A stretch of 32,000 nt of DNA from positions 1,249 to 33,248 of the forward strand of contig JAUSKK010000051.1 of the NCBI GenBank assembly GCA_030649345.1. The letters run 5' to 3'. A program made the translations under genes and the position numbers. Position 1 is the first letter of the stretch; each line of letters begins with the position of its first letter. The notes beneath the pieces were generated by a model. That model made no database searches and was not told the origin of the DNA. It saw only the letters and a program-made list of their open reading frames with translations. This DNA comes from Candidatus Iainarchaeum sp. GTDB lineage: Archaea > Iainarchaeota > Iainarchaeia > Iainarchaeales > 0-14-0-20-34-12. This document shows positions 8,882-17,361 of the stretch, piece by piece.

Positions 8882-9352
8882 ATGCCCATCAATTTCCCTA
8901 AATTATTTGTTTCTATTTTCATTTGTTTTTTAGCTGGTTTAATTGGCTCAATTTTTACTTTTTCTGCAATTCCAACTTGGTATGCTGGATTGGTTAAGCC
9001 TTGGTTTTCTCCGCCTAATTTTTTGTTTGCACCAGTTTGGACAATCTTGTATGTATTAATGGGAATTGCTTTGTATTTAATTTGGCGTAAAGGATTTCAA
9101 GAAAACAAAACATCCATAAAAATATTTTTTGTTCAATTATTGCTTAATGCTTTTTGGTCAATTGTGTTTTTTGGATTCAAACAATTATTCAATGCATTCA
9201 TTGTGATCATTTTCTTATGGATCAGTATTCTGGCATGCATTTTATTATTTTATAAAATTGACAAAAAAGCAAGTTACTTGTTAATTCCTTATTTAGCTTG
9301 GGTTAGCTTTGCAGGAATCCTAAACTATTCTGTCTGGGCATTAAATGGTTAA
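8882..9352 (+). CDS. tspO: TspO/MBR family tryptophan-rich membrane protein
   Basis: Five hydrophobic segments and the family-typical W/P-rich motifs WYAGLVKPWFSPPNFLFAPVWTILYVLMG and YLAWVSFAGILNYSVW. Confidence 0.85.
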   Translation: MPINFPKLFVSIFICFLAGLIGSIFTFSAIPTWYAGLVKPWFSPPNFLFAPVWTILYVLMGIALYLIWRKGFQENKTSIKIFFVQLLLNAFWSIVFFGFKQLFNAFIVIIFLWISILACILLFYKIDKKASYLLIPYLAWVSFAGILNYSVWALNG

Positions 9353-9403
9353 AAATATAAATAGAATATTAGATTTAAAAACAGAATAAGCACTCTATTT
9401 AAT

Positions 9404-9526
9404 ATGAAATTCAAAAAATCTTCTAAAACTGGAATTATGAAGTTTGCAGGCATGCTAAAGAATCCACAACATTTGTCTGCCATGGATTTAATGAAAAAAC
9501 ATGGTTTGAGAATGGAAGACGCTTAA
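9404..9526 (+). CDS. Possible mini-ORF (40 aa), candidate antitoxin partner of the downstream PIN gene
   Basis: ATG..TAA ORF I translated by hand: MKFKKSSKTGIMKFAGMLKNPQHLSAMDLMKKHGLRMEDA. It ends 44 nt upstream of the PIN gene. Position is the only argument. Confidence 0.2.
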   Translation: MKFKKSSKTGIMKFAGMLKNPQHLSAMDLMKKHGLRMEDA

Positions 9527-9570
9527 TTTTAGAAAATAAAAATAATATTAACGCTAAGAGAGTTGGTGAA

Positions 9571-9990
9571 ATGAGTCACTTAATATATTTAGATACTGGC
9601 ATATTCATTGGATTTTTACTAAAAGAAAGCCCAGAATACAGATCTTGTAAAGAAATAATTACTGCAATCAGAGAACAAAAACAAAAAGTACTTTTTTCAG
9701 TCTTAAATATTTCTGAAGTATTTTATATTCTGCAACGAGAACATGTAAGTACAGATAGAATTAGAAAAGCTATTGAAGAATTAGCAAAACTACCTTATGT
9801 TACACTAATTGAAGTACCTATTAAAATTGAACTAAATGCGCTTAAAATTGCAGAAAAATATAATATTGACTTAACCGATGCAACAACCTATTTGCTAATG
9901 AAAGAAAACAAAATAAAATTCATTTATGCTTTAGACAAACATTACGACCGATTCAAAGACCTTCAAAGGCTAACTGAATTAAAATATTAG
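9571..9990 (+). CDS. PIN-domain (VapC-like) ribonuclease toxin
   Basis: IYLDTGIFIGFL N-terminal acidic motif. Later NISEV, DLTDATTYLL and ALDKHYDRF supply the other conserved acidic positions. GGTGA SD upstream. Confidence 0.7.
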   Translation: MSHLIYLDTGIFIGFLLKESPEYRSCKEIITAIREQKQKVLFSVLNISEVFYILQREHVSTDRIRKAIEELAKLPYVTLIEVPIKIELNALKIAEKYNIDLTDATTYLLMKENKIKFIYALDKHYDRFKDLQRLTELKY

Positions 9991-10048
9991 TTGGAAAAAA
10001 CCGAACCATTACAATAAACTATTTAAATAGCTGAATTATAATTAAAGT

Positions 10049-11326
10049 ATGAAACAATTTTTCATTATTGGAACTTTACTTGTTTTATTAATTGCTGGAT
10101 GCACTACCCCAATTCAAGTACCTGGAAACAATGATGAACCAGAACCAGTTATTACCGAAAAACCAGTTCTAGATGACAGCCAAGCTACAATTGAAGGAGT
10201 TAACCAAATTGTACAAGGTAATAGTCAATTTGGATTCAATCTATATTCTAAATTACCTCAAGATTCAAGCAATGTATTCTTTTCACCGTATAGTATTAGC
10301 ACAGCCATTGCTATGGCTTATGAAGGAGCACAAGAACAAACAGCTCAAGAAATACAAACAGTATTCGGTTTCCCAGTAGACAATTCAGTTTTACGTTCCG
10401 CAAATGCAAGTATTTACAATAAATACAATAAAAAAGATTTGAATTACATTTTGTCTACAGCCAATGCTTTATGGGTGCAACAAGATTATACTTTGTTAGA
10501 TAATTACAAAAATGTTGCCCAAAATTCTTACGGCGGAAAAGCAAGCAATGTAGACTTTGTTAACCAAACTGAACAAACAAGGCAAACTATTAATTCATGG
10601 GTTGAAAATGAAACTTATGGAAAAATCAAAAATTTATTCGGGCCAGGAAGTTTAACTCCAGATTATCGTTTGGTTATCACAAACGCAATTTATTTTAAAG
10701 GAAAATGGAAAGAAAAATTCAACGAAGAATCCACGGAAAATCAAGACTTTACTTTAGCCAATGGAAGTAAAGTACAAGTTCCAATGATGAGACAATTTAA
10801 TGAAGATTTTAGATATGCTGAAACCAATGAATGGAAAGCGCTTGAAATGGATTACGAAGGAAACGATTTATCTATGTTAATTTTATTGCCCAAAGAAAAT
10901 AATCTAACTGAACTTGAACAAAATTTAACTCTAGAATCTGTAAAAAATTTAAAAGAACAAATGAGCTATGAAACAACCAATGTATTTTTTCCAAGATTTA
11001 AATTCAATACAAAATATTCACTCAATGATTCTTTAGGCCAATTGGGAATGCCGACTGCGTTTTCAAATGCTGCTAATTTTTCAGGAATTACAGGTTCTCA
11101 AGACTTAAAAATTGGAATTGTAATTCACCAAGCATTTGTGGAAGTCAATGAAAAAGGAACTGAAGCAGCTGCAGCTACCGGGATAGGATTTGAATTAACC
11201 TCTGCTCCATTTGAACCGGAAGAACCTAAAGAATTCAAAGCAGACCATCCATTTATTTTCGTTATTCAAGACACAGAAACAGGCAATATTTTGTTTATGG
11301 GAAAAGTCAATAATCCTTTAAATTAA
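10049..11326 (+). CDS. Serpin with lipoprotein-type signal peptide
   Basis: Lipobox LLIAGC (Cys18). Serpin core motifs FFSPYSISTAIAMAY and NAIYFKGKW. Inhibitory-type hinge EKGTEAAAATG (about nt 11150-11218). C-terminal signature FKADHPFIFVIQD...GNILFMGKVNNP. Confidence 0.9.
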   Translation: MKQFFIIGTLLVLLIAGCTTPIQVPGNNDEPEPVITEKPVLDDSQATIEGVNQIVQGNSQFGFNLYSKLPQDSSNVFFSPYSISTAIAMAYEGAQEQTAQEIQTVFGFPVDNSVLRSANASIYNKYNKKDLNYILSTANALWVQQDYTLLDNYKNVAQNSYGGKASNVDFVNQTEQTRQTINSWVENETYGKIKNLFGPGSLTPDYRLVITNAIYFKGKWKEKFNEESTENQDFTLANGSKVQVPMMRQFNEDFRYAETNEWKALEMDYEGNDLSMLILLPKENNLTELEQNLTLESVKNLKEQMSYETTNVFFPRFKFNTKYSLNDSLGQLGMPTAFSNAANFSGITGSQDLKIGIVIHQAFVEVNEKGTEAAAATGIGFELTSAPFEPEEPKEFKADHPFIFVIQDTETGNILFMGKVNNPLN

Positions 11327-11871
11327 AAAAATAAAAAACTAAGTCCTAACAAAACAAATACTAGGCCTGCAATCTTGTGCAATAAAACATAATTCATTTT
11401 TTGGCTTAATATTTTTCCTGCAAAAATAGCTAAAGCAGACAAAATTAATAAAGCCAGCCAGGCACCCAAGAATACAAAAATTGGATTAAACTTGGTTGAA
11501 AACAATCCAGAAACTAACTGTGATTTATCGCCCATTTCTGCAATCAAAATTAAACTTAAACCAGAAAAAAATGGATTGCTTAATGTAGGCACTGTATCTG
11601 ATTTTGCATGATCTAGCCAAGTTTTGACTCCAAATATAATAAATAAAACTCCTGCAATTAATTTAATCCAAGCAAACGGAATAACTGAAGAAATCCAAGA
11701 ACCTAAAAAGACAGCCACAATCGTAGTGATTAAAAAAGCCAAACTTATGCCCAATAATAATTTTCCGTGTTCTTTGGTTTTTGAAGAAAGCACTAAAATA
11801 GTTAATTGTGTTTTGTCACCCAATTCACTTAAAGCAATGGTAAAAAAAGGCAATAAAAAATCAGTGATCAT
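11323..11871 (-). CDS. UPF0016/GDT1 (TMEM165) family putative Ca2+/Mn2+ transporter
   Basis: Two-repeat membrane protein carrying the family motif E-x-G-D-K-(T/S) twice (ELGDKTQL and EMGDKSQL). Its stop overlaps the serpin stop by 4 nt (convergent). Confidence 0.85.
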   Translation of the reverse strand: MITDFLLPFFTIALSELGDKTQLTILVLSSKTKEHGKLLLGISLAFLITTIVAVFLGSWISSVIPFAWIKLIAGVLFIIFGVKTWLDHAKSDTVPTLSNPFFSGLSLILIAEMGDKSQLVSGLFSTKFNPIFVFLGAWLALLILSALAIFAGKILSQKMNYVLLHKIAGLVFVLLGLSFLFF

Positions 11872-11925
11872 ATAAAAATATTCTAAATCTAATGCTTTTT
11901 AAACTAGTTCTTCCTAAAGTTTAAC

Positions 11926-12114
11926 ATGGTTCGAGGAATTATTTTAGGAATTCAGTTACTGTTGGAATTGGGTTTAGCTTATTTTTTGGTTTTATTAATC
12001 TCCAATATTGCAGTATTTAATTTTGGAATGGAAACCATTCAACTGGTTATTGCTAGTTTGCTTTTTATAGGATTGCTAATTTTCACTGTGAAAAAATTAC
12101 CGTATCAAGAATAG
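11926..12114 (+). CDS. Possible small two-TM membrane protein
   Basis: 62-aa ORF, two hydrophobic stretches, ending 15 nt upstream of the citryl-CoA lyase gene. No family recognised. Confidence 0.3.
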   Translation: MVRGIILGIQLLLELGLAYFLVLLISNIAVFNFGMETIQLVIASLLFIGLLIFTVKKLPYQE

Positions 12115-12129
12115 TTTCGAGGAATTGAA

Positions 12130-12855
12130 ATGAAATTTGTTACAGAAATTGGTTACAGCAGTCCAAAAAAAACCATTGTACGCGGACATGACATTCAAGA
12201 CTTAGTGAAAAATAATACGTTTACAGAAGGAATTTTTTTAACCTGGCAAGGAAGATTACCCAATGAAAAAGAACGAAAAATGCTAGATGCTATTCTGGTT
12301 TCCTGCATGGAACATGGACCCAATGCACCCACTATTTTGAGTTCCAGAATTGTAGCCAGTGCAGGTAATTCATTGAATGCCAGTGTAGCTGCCGGAGTAT
12401 TAAGTGTCGGAGAACATCATGGTGGAGCCATTGAACAATGTGCTAAACTTTTTCAAGAACAAATAAACCAAACTGGAAAACAAATTGTGAAAGAATTTGA
12501 AGAAAAGAAAAAACGAATCCCTGGATATGGTCATAAAATTTACACCACAGATCCTAGGACAGTTCAATTATTGGAAATAGCACAAAAACTTGGATTCTTT
12601 GGAAAGTTTGTAAAATTAAGTTTAGAAATTGAAAAAGAATTAGAAACTTTAAAAGGAAAAAAACTATGCTTGAATGTAGATGGATGTATTGCTGCCTTGA
12701 TGAGTGAATTAGGCTTTAGCTGGCAGTATGGCAAAGGTTTTTTCATTATTAGCAGAACCACTGGAATTATTGCGCATGCAGTTGAAGAAACTGTCAAAGA
12801 AAAGCCTTTCAGGAGATTGGATGAATCTGAAGTCGAATATATCGGCAAAAAATGA
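12130..12855 (+). CDS. ccl: Citryl-CoA lyase (stand-alone citrate-synthase-like domain)
   Basis: 241 aa covering only the catalytic part of the citrate synthase fold: SCMEHGPNAPT, VGEHHGGAIE, IPGYGHKIYTT.DPR, LNVDGCIAAL. The size and motifs fit Ccl or the ACL C-terminal domain, not a full citrate synthase. Confidence 0.7.
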   Translation: MKFVTEIGYSSPKKTIVRGHDIQDLVKNNTFTEGIFLTWQGRLPNEKERKMLDAILVSCMEHGPNAPTILSSRIVASAGNSLNASVAAGVLSVGEHHGGAIEQCAKLFQEQINQTGKQIVKEFEEKKKRIPGYGHKIYTTDPRTVQLLEIAQKLGFFGKFVKLSLEIEKELETLKGKKLCLNVDGCIAALMSELGFSWQYGKGFFIISRTTGIIAHAVEETVKEKPFRRLDESEVEYIGKK

Positions 12856-12894
12856 TTCCAAATAATTAAAAAGGCACTGGACATCAAATAATTC

Positions 12895-14310
12895 ATGGTT
12901 GAATTTCGAATTGAAAAAGATTCTTTGGGTGCAATAAATGTGCCAAAAGATGCATTTTATGGTTCTTTTACTGCAAGGGCTTCTGCTAATTTTCAATTAT
13001 CCGAAAACAAATACCCACGAGCAATTTTGGAACAGTATGTTTGGCTTAAAATTACGGCAGCTCAAATAAATTTACAATTAGGTGTATTAAGCCAACGAAA
13101 AGCAAAGGCCATAGAGCAAGCAGGAAAAGAAATCTTAAATGGAAAATTTAAAGATCAATTTCAAATTGATGTATTTCAAGCTGGCGGCGGAACAGTTTAC
13201 AATATGAATGTCAATGAAGTATTGGCCAATCGAGCGAATCAAATCTTGGGCGGAAAGTTAGGAGTTTATGATCTAGTTCATGCCAATGATGATGTCAATT
13301 TAGGGCAATCCAGCAATGATTTAGGACCCACAGCTATTCGATTAATGTGCTTGAAAGAATCACAAAAACTATTGAAAACTTTAACAAATCTGGAAAAATC
13401 TTTTTTAGTTCAATCCAAGAAACACAAAAACACAATTAAAAGCGGGCGAACTCATTTACAAGATGCTTTGCCAGTTTTTTTTGGACAAATCTTTGAAACC
13501 TATGCTTTAAGTATTCAAAAAAGTAGGGAAAGAATTCAAGAAAGTTTAATTCATTTACGTGAATTGGGCATTGGAGGAACTGCAGTTGGAACTGGATCAA
13601 ATACACATTCCAAATTTCATTCTTTAATGGTTAAACAATTAAGCAAAAATTTAAACCTTAAATTGAAAACTTCTAAAAATTTATTTTATCACCAGCACAG
13701 TTCAGTGGAACAGTTGGCTTTTATGAATTCGTTAAGTGAATGCTGTATTGAGGCCAGTAAAATTTGCAATGACTTAAGACTACTGGCTTCAGGGCCTAGA
13801 ACCGGATTTGCTGAAATTATTTTGCCTGAAGTAGAACCAGGGTCAAGTATTATGCCAGGAAAAGTTAATCCCAGTATTATAGAAGCAGTGCAAATGAGTT
13901 TAATGCAAGTGCAAGGATATGCAAAAACTACCGAATTGGCCAGTATGCAAACTCAATTGGAATTGCAGACATTTATGCCAGTCATTGCTTGGAATTGTTT
14001 GCAGGGAATTGAATTATTAAACAATGGTTTGGAATTATTGAATAAAAAATGCATTCAAGGAATTCAAATAGATAAAGAAAAATGCCAAACTTATTTTGAA
14101 AACAGTTTGTCTTTGGTTACTTTTTTAGCTCCAGTCATTGGTTATGTTAAATCAGCTCAATTGGCCAAACAAGCCATGAAAGAAAATAAAAGTATAAAAC
14201 AAATTGTAATCGAAGACGGAATTATGACTGAAAAAGAATGGAATAATTTAATGAATCCAAAACAATTAACGAAAGCGAATTTAGAATTTTTAAATAAATT
14301 TAAAAAATAA
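12895..14310 (+). CDS. fumC: Class II fumarate hydratase (fumarase/aspartase superfamily)
   Basis: Superfamily signature GSSIMPGKVNP. N-terminus ...IEKDSLGAINVPKDAFYG. TNVNEV-like NMNVNEVLAN and HANDDVNLGQSSND. MPGKVNP looks more fumarase-like than aspartase-like, but aspartase is not excluded. Confidence 0.8.
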   Translation: MVEFRIEKDSLGAINVPKDAFYGSFTARASANFQLSENKYPRAILEQYVWLKITAAQINLQLGVLSQRKAKAIEQAGKEILNGKFKDQFQIDVFQAGGGTVYNMNVNEVLANRANQILGGKLGVYDLVHANDDVNLGQSSNDLGPTAIRLMCLKESQKLLKTLTNLEKSFLVQSKKHKNTIKSGRTHLQDALPVFFGQIFETYALSIQKSRERIQESLIHLRELGIGGTAVGTGSNTHSKFHSLMVKQLSKNLNLKLKTSKNLFYHQHSSVEQLAFMNSLSECCIEASKICNDLRLLASGPRTGFAEIILPEVEPGSSIMPGKVNPSIIEAVQMSLMQVQGYAKTTELASMQTQLELQTFMPVIAWNCLQGIELLNNGLELLNKKCIQGIQIDKEKCQTYFENSLSLVTFLAPVIGYVKSAQLAKQAMKENKSIKQIVIEDGIMTEKEWNNLMNPKQLTKANLEFLNKFKK

Positions 14311-14319
14311 TGTGAAAAA

Positions 14320-15117
14320 ATGAAGCCCAAATTTAGTGGAAAAGGAATTTTGTCTAAAAAACATGGGGCTGTTTTAAGCAGATTGTTGAAAGGAAAACAA
14401 AAACGAGCCATTGCCCGGGAATTGAATCTCAGTGAAGCTGGTGTGGAAACCCGATTGAATATTCTTTGGCCGTATCTTGGAGAAAGTACTCAGCAGTTGA
14501 TTGAATCTAGGCGAAGAAGTTCAAAAACAGAAAAACCTACTTTGGATTCAAAAAAATTAATTGATTCTTTAGATCGGGAATTAGAAAGTAATCCAAATCT
14601 AAGTACTTTGAAAAAATTAGCAGAAGAATTTAAAGTTAAACCAGCAGTTATTTTGCATGAATTGAAATTGGCTGGAGTTTTTTTTAAACCAGAACTTGCA
14701 AGAAAATGGCTGGAATTCTGGAAAGAAGTAGCACGTGTAAGAAAATTACATTTAGTAGATCAAGCTCAAGTACTCCGAATTAGTCCGGAAAAAGTGCGTA
14801 AATTGCAGCGTCGATTTCAGCAAGGATTTCAAATAAAAGAAATGCGAACTTTTTTAAAAGAATTAACTAGAGCCGGTTGGTGGAAAAGTGATTATAGGTC
14901 TAAGCTTGGAGGGCGTGCAATTCAAAAAAGAGATTGGCAAGTCAAAGAAGATCTGGCTTTACTGAATAGTTTAGCTGAAGCATCCAGTGAAACATATGCC
15001 GCTTTGATGGGTTCACTTTTTAATCAATACGCCATCCAAGAGTATGCATTCAGGAAAAAAAATAAGCTGCCAATTCCCAAGTTAATTGCAACTATTGTCG
15101 AGGTAGATTCTACATGA
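14320..15117 (+). CDS. Orphan DNA-binding protein with N-terminal LuxR/GerE-type helix-turn-helix
   Basis: aa 11-54 (nt 14350-14481) LSKKHGAVLSRLLKGKQKRAIARELNLSEAGVETRLNILWPYLG follows the GerE pattern L(T/S)xxExxVLxLLxxGxxxxxIAxxLxxSxxTVxxHxxxIxxKLG. Basic N-terminus MKPKFSGKG. The remaining ~200 aa are unassigned. Confidence 0.6.
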   Translation: MKPKFSGKGILSKKHGAVLSRLLKGKQKRAIARELNLSEAGVETRLNILWPYLGESTQQLIESRRRSSKTEKPTLDSKKLIDSLDRELESNPNLSTLKKLAEEFKVKPAVILHELKLAGVFFKPELARKWLEFWKEVARVRKLHLVDQAQVLRISPEKVRKLQRRFQQGFQIKEMRTFLKELTRAGWWKSDYRSKLGGRAIQKRDWQVKEDLALLNSLAEASSETYAALMGSLFNQYAIQEYAFRKKNKLPIPKLIATIVEVDST

Positions 15118-15118
15118 T

Positions 15119-15250
15119 TTTAAATTTGAGAAATTTAAAAACTTTTGAAAATTTAAGAAATTTCAACACTATTGTTGAAAACTTAATAGATTTTCAAAAT
15201 CATAAAATTCAAGAGAATTTTATTGCTTTAAAAAACCAGGAGGTTTTTTA
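15119..15250 (+). promoter_or_regulatory. Putative promoter/operator of the SdhA/FrdA flavoprotein gene
   Basis: AAATTT-containing boxes at 15122-27, 15131-36, 15149-54 and 15158-63. TGAAAA (15176-81)-N9-TTTTCA (15191-96). Block 15190-15223 is 31/34 identical to 6713-6746. SD CAGGAGG (15237-43) lies 7 nt before the ATG. Confidence 0.5.
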
Positions 15251-16996
15251 ATGAATGAAAAAATAACAGAGTATCAAACAGATGTTTTAATTGTTGGATC
15301 CGGCGGATCTGGACTGCGGTGTGCCATTGAATTATGCGATCAAGGAATTAAAGATATTTTAGTTATTGGAAAATGCAAATTAGGAGAAGCCCACACCAAA
15401 GAAGCTGAAGGCGGAATTAATGCAGCTTTAGGAAATGTAGACAAAGAAGACAATTGGTTATGGCATGTAAAAGATACTTTAAGTGAAAGTGGTTATTTAG
15501 CCAATGGAAAACAAGCAGAATTGGTATGCAAAAATATGATTCCAGACATTCAAGAATTGCAAACCATGGGTGTTCCATTTAATCAAACAAAAAATGGAAA
15601 AATAAATCAAAGACAATTCGGAGGGCAAACATTTAATCGAACTTGTTTTGTAGGAGATTATACTGGAAAAGCAATATTGGAAACTTTAGTAAAACAGGTT
15701 CAAAAAAGAAAAATTAAAAATTTAGAAAATATTTATGTAACCCAGTTATTGGCCAGTAAAGGAAAAATTTCTGGAATCTTTGGACTTGATTTTGAATCAG
15801 GACAATTTGTACAAATTCAGGCAAAAATTGTTGTTTTGGCCACTGGAGGATATACTCGGGTGTACAAAACAGCCAGTTCAGATCAATTTGTGAATACAGG
15901 GGACAGTATTTGGCTTGCATTGAATGCTGGTTTAGAATTAAAGGACATGGAATTGGTTCAATTTCATCCAACTGGAATGGTTTGGCCGGAAGAAGCTCAA
16001 GGAAAATTGATTACCGAAGGAGTCAGAAGCGAAGGAGGATATTTGACAAATTCTAAAGGAGAACGATTCATGCAAAAATATGATTCTGAACGCATGGAAT
16101 TAAGCACACGTGATCGAGTAGCTAGGGCAAATTTTTTTGAAATTCGCACAGGCAATACCACACCCCATGGCGGAGTTTGGTTAGATATAACACATAGAAC
16201 ACCCGAGTACATTGATGAACGCTTGCCGAAGATGATTCAACAATTCAAACAATACGGAAATGTAGATATCAAAACAGAAAAAATGGAAGTAGCTCCAACA
16301 GCCCATTATTCAATGGGTGGAATTGTAATTCAACCAGAAACAGGAGAAACTAAAATCAAAGGATTGTATGCCATCGGCGAAGCTACTGCAGGATTGCATG
16401 GCGGCAATAGGCTGGGGGGAAATTCTTTGGCTGAAATTATTGTTTGGGGAAAATTAGCCGGCAAAGATATTGCAAAAAAAGTAAAAAAATTTAAACAAAT
16501 TAAAGTGAATTCAAAAATAGTTCAAAACGAAATTGAACGAATTCAAAACTTGTTTTCTGGAACAAAATCTAACCCAGTTGTTTTACGGACTGAACTGCAA
16601 AAACTCATGTGGAATCATGCAGGCGTTGTAAAAAATGAAAAAGATTTACAAAAAGGATTAACTGAATTAGCTATTTTAAAAGAATTAACTAAAAATGCAA
16701 AAATTAAAACTGGATTAAAAAATAATTTAGAACTAATTACTGTACTGGATCTAGAAGCTCAATTGGCAACCAGTGAATGTATTTTAAAAAGTGCTTTGGC
16801 TAGAAAAGAATCCAGAGGAGCTCATTACCGGGAAGACTTTTTAAAAACAAAAAAAGAATGGCTGGTTAATTTAATTTGCCGGCAAGACTTAAAAGGAAAA
16901 ATTAAGTTAACAAAAAAGAAAGTAGTTAAACCCAGTGCTGAAGTTTTAAAATTTTTGAAAAAAATTAAAGAAAAATACGGTGAATGGAAAAACTAA
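15251..16996 (+). CDS. sdhA: Succinate dehydrogenase / fumarate reductase flavoprotein subunit (SdhA/FrdA/TfrA type)
   Basis: FAD fold DVLIVGSGGSGLRCA. AHTKEAEGGINAAL has His at the covalent-FAD position. FHPTG, HYSMGG and ESRGAHYREDF are present. 581 aa is SdhA-sized, not NadB-sized. Confidence 0.85.
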   Translation: MNEKITEYQTDVLIVGSGGSGLRCAIELCDQGIKDILVIGKCKLGEAHTKEAEGGINAALGNVDKEDNWLWHVKDTLSESGYLANGKQAELVCKNMIPDIQELQTMGVPFNQTKNGKINQRQFGGQTFNRTCFVGDYTGKAILETLVKQVQKRKIKNLENIYVTQLLASKGKISGIFGLDFESGQFVQIQAKIVVLATGGYTRVYKTASSDQFVNTGDSIWLALNAGLELKDMELVQFHPTGMVWPEEAQGKLITEGVRSEGGYLTNSKGERFMQKYDSERMELSTRDRVARANFFEIRTGNTTPHGGVWLDITHRTPEYIDERLPKMIQQFKQYGNVDIKTEKMEVAPTAHYSMGGIVIQPETGETKIKGLYAIGEATAGLHGGNRLGGNSLAEIIVWGKLAGKDIAKKVKKFKQIKVNSKIVQNEIERIQNLFSGTKSNPVVLRTELQKLMWNHAGVVKNEKDLQKGLTELAILKELTKNAKIKTGLKNNLELITVLDLEAQLATSECILKSALARKESRGAHYREDFLKTKKEWLVNLICRQDLKGKIKLTKKKVVKPSAEVLKFLKKIKEKYGEWKN

Positions 16997-17005
16997 CTTT
17001 TGCAT

Positions 17006-17035
17006 ATTGGAAGAATTAATTATTTTTCTTCCAAT
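17006..17035. terminator. Hairpin between the convergent sdhA and ferredoxin genes
   Basis: Perfect 10-bp stem ATTGGAAGAA (17006-17015) / TTCTTCCAAT (17026-17035) with a 10-nt T-rich loop, followed by TTTT. The right arm overlaps the last ferredoxin codons. Confidence 0.3.
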
Positions 17036-17259
17036 TTTACAATTTTAATAATGGCCACAGGACAAGCATCGGCTGCATCCAAAGCTGCTTTGTAATCTTT
17101 TTCATCAATTATTTTTACAAAATTTCCATTTTCGTCTTGTGATTGTTTTAAGTCTGCTTTTCCGTCATTGGCCATTTCAAAGTCATTCGGAGACATGCCT
17201 ACACAAGCGCCTGCACCAATGCATCCATTTCGATCATACACAATTTTATATTTCACCAT
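17020..17259 (-). CDS. Small single-cluster ferredoxin (Pyrococcus furiosus type)
   Basis: YDRNGCIGAGACVGMSPNDFEM...GKA...ADACPVAIIKI parallels the P. furiosus ferredoxin layout C-I-G-x-x-x-C...FEM..GKA...ACPV.AI. Only three candidate ligand Cys are evident, so the cluster may be 3Fe-4S. GGAGG SD. Confidence 0.8.
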   Translation of the reverse strand: MVKYKIVYDRNGCIGAGACVGMSPNDFEMANDGKADLKQSQDENGNFVKIIDEKDYKAALDAADACPVAIIKIVKLEEK

Positions 17260-17361
17260 TGTTTAGCCTCCAATAAAAGTAAACTAAAGAATAGAGTTAA
17301 AGTATTTAAAAAGGTTTTTAAGTTCAATTAAATTTAATAAGATTTAATGCCTTGTCTTTAG

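Noticed and set aside
11929-12126. Exact 11-mer TTCGAGGAATT occurs at 11929-11939 (start of the 62-aa ORF) and 12116-12126 (RBS region of ccl).
   Set aside because: With about 32 kb on two strands, on the order of a hundred chance 11-mer repeats are expected. There is no extended similarity around the two copies.
15251-16996. L-aspartate oxidase (NadB) as an alternative identity for the flavoprotein.
   Set aside because: The length (581 aa) and the His in AHTKEAEGG at the covalent-FAD position favour SdhA/FrdA/TfrA. NadB proteins are shorter and lack that His. Not fully excluded without phylogeny.
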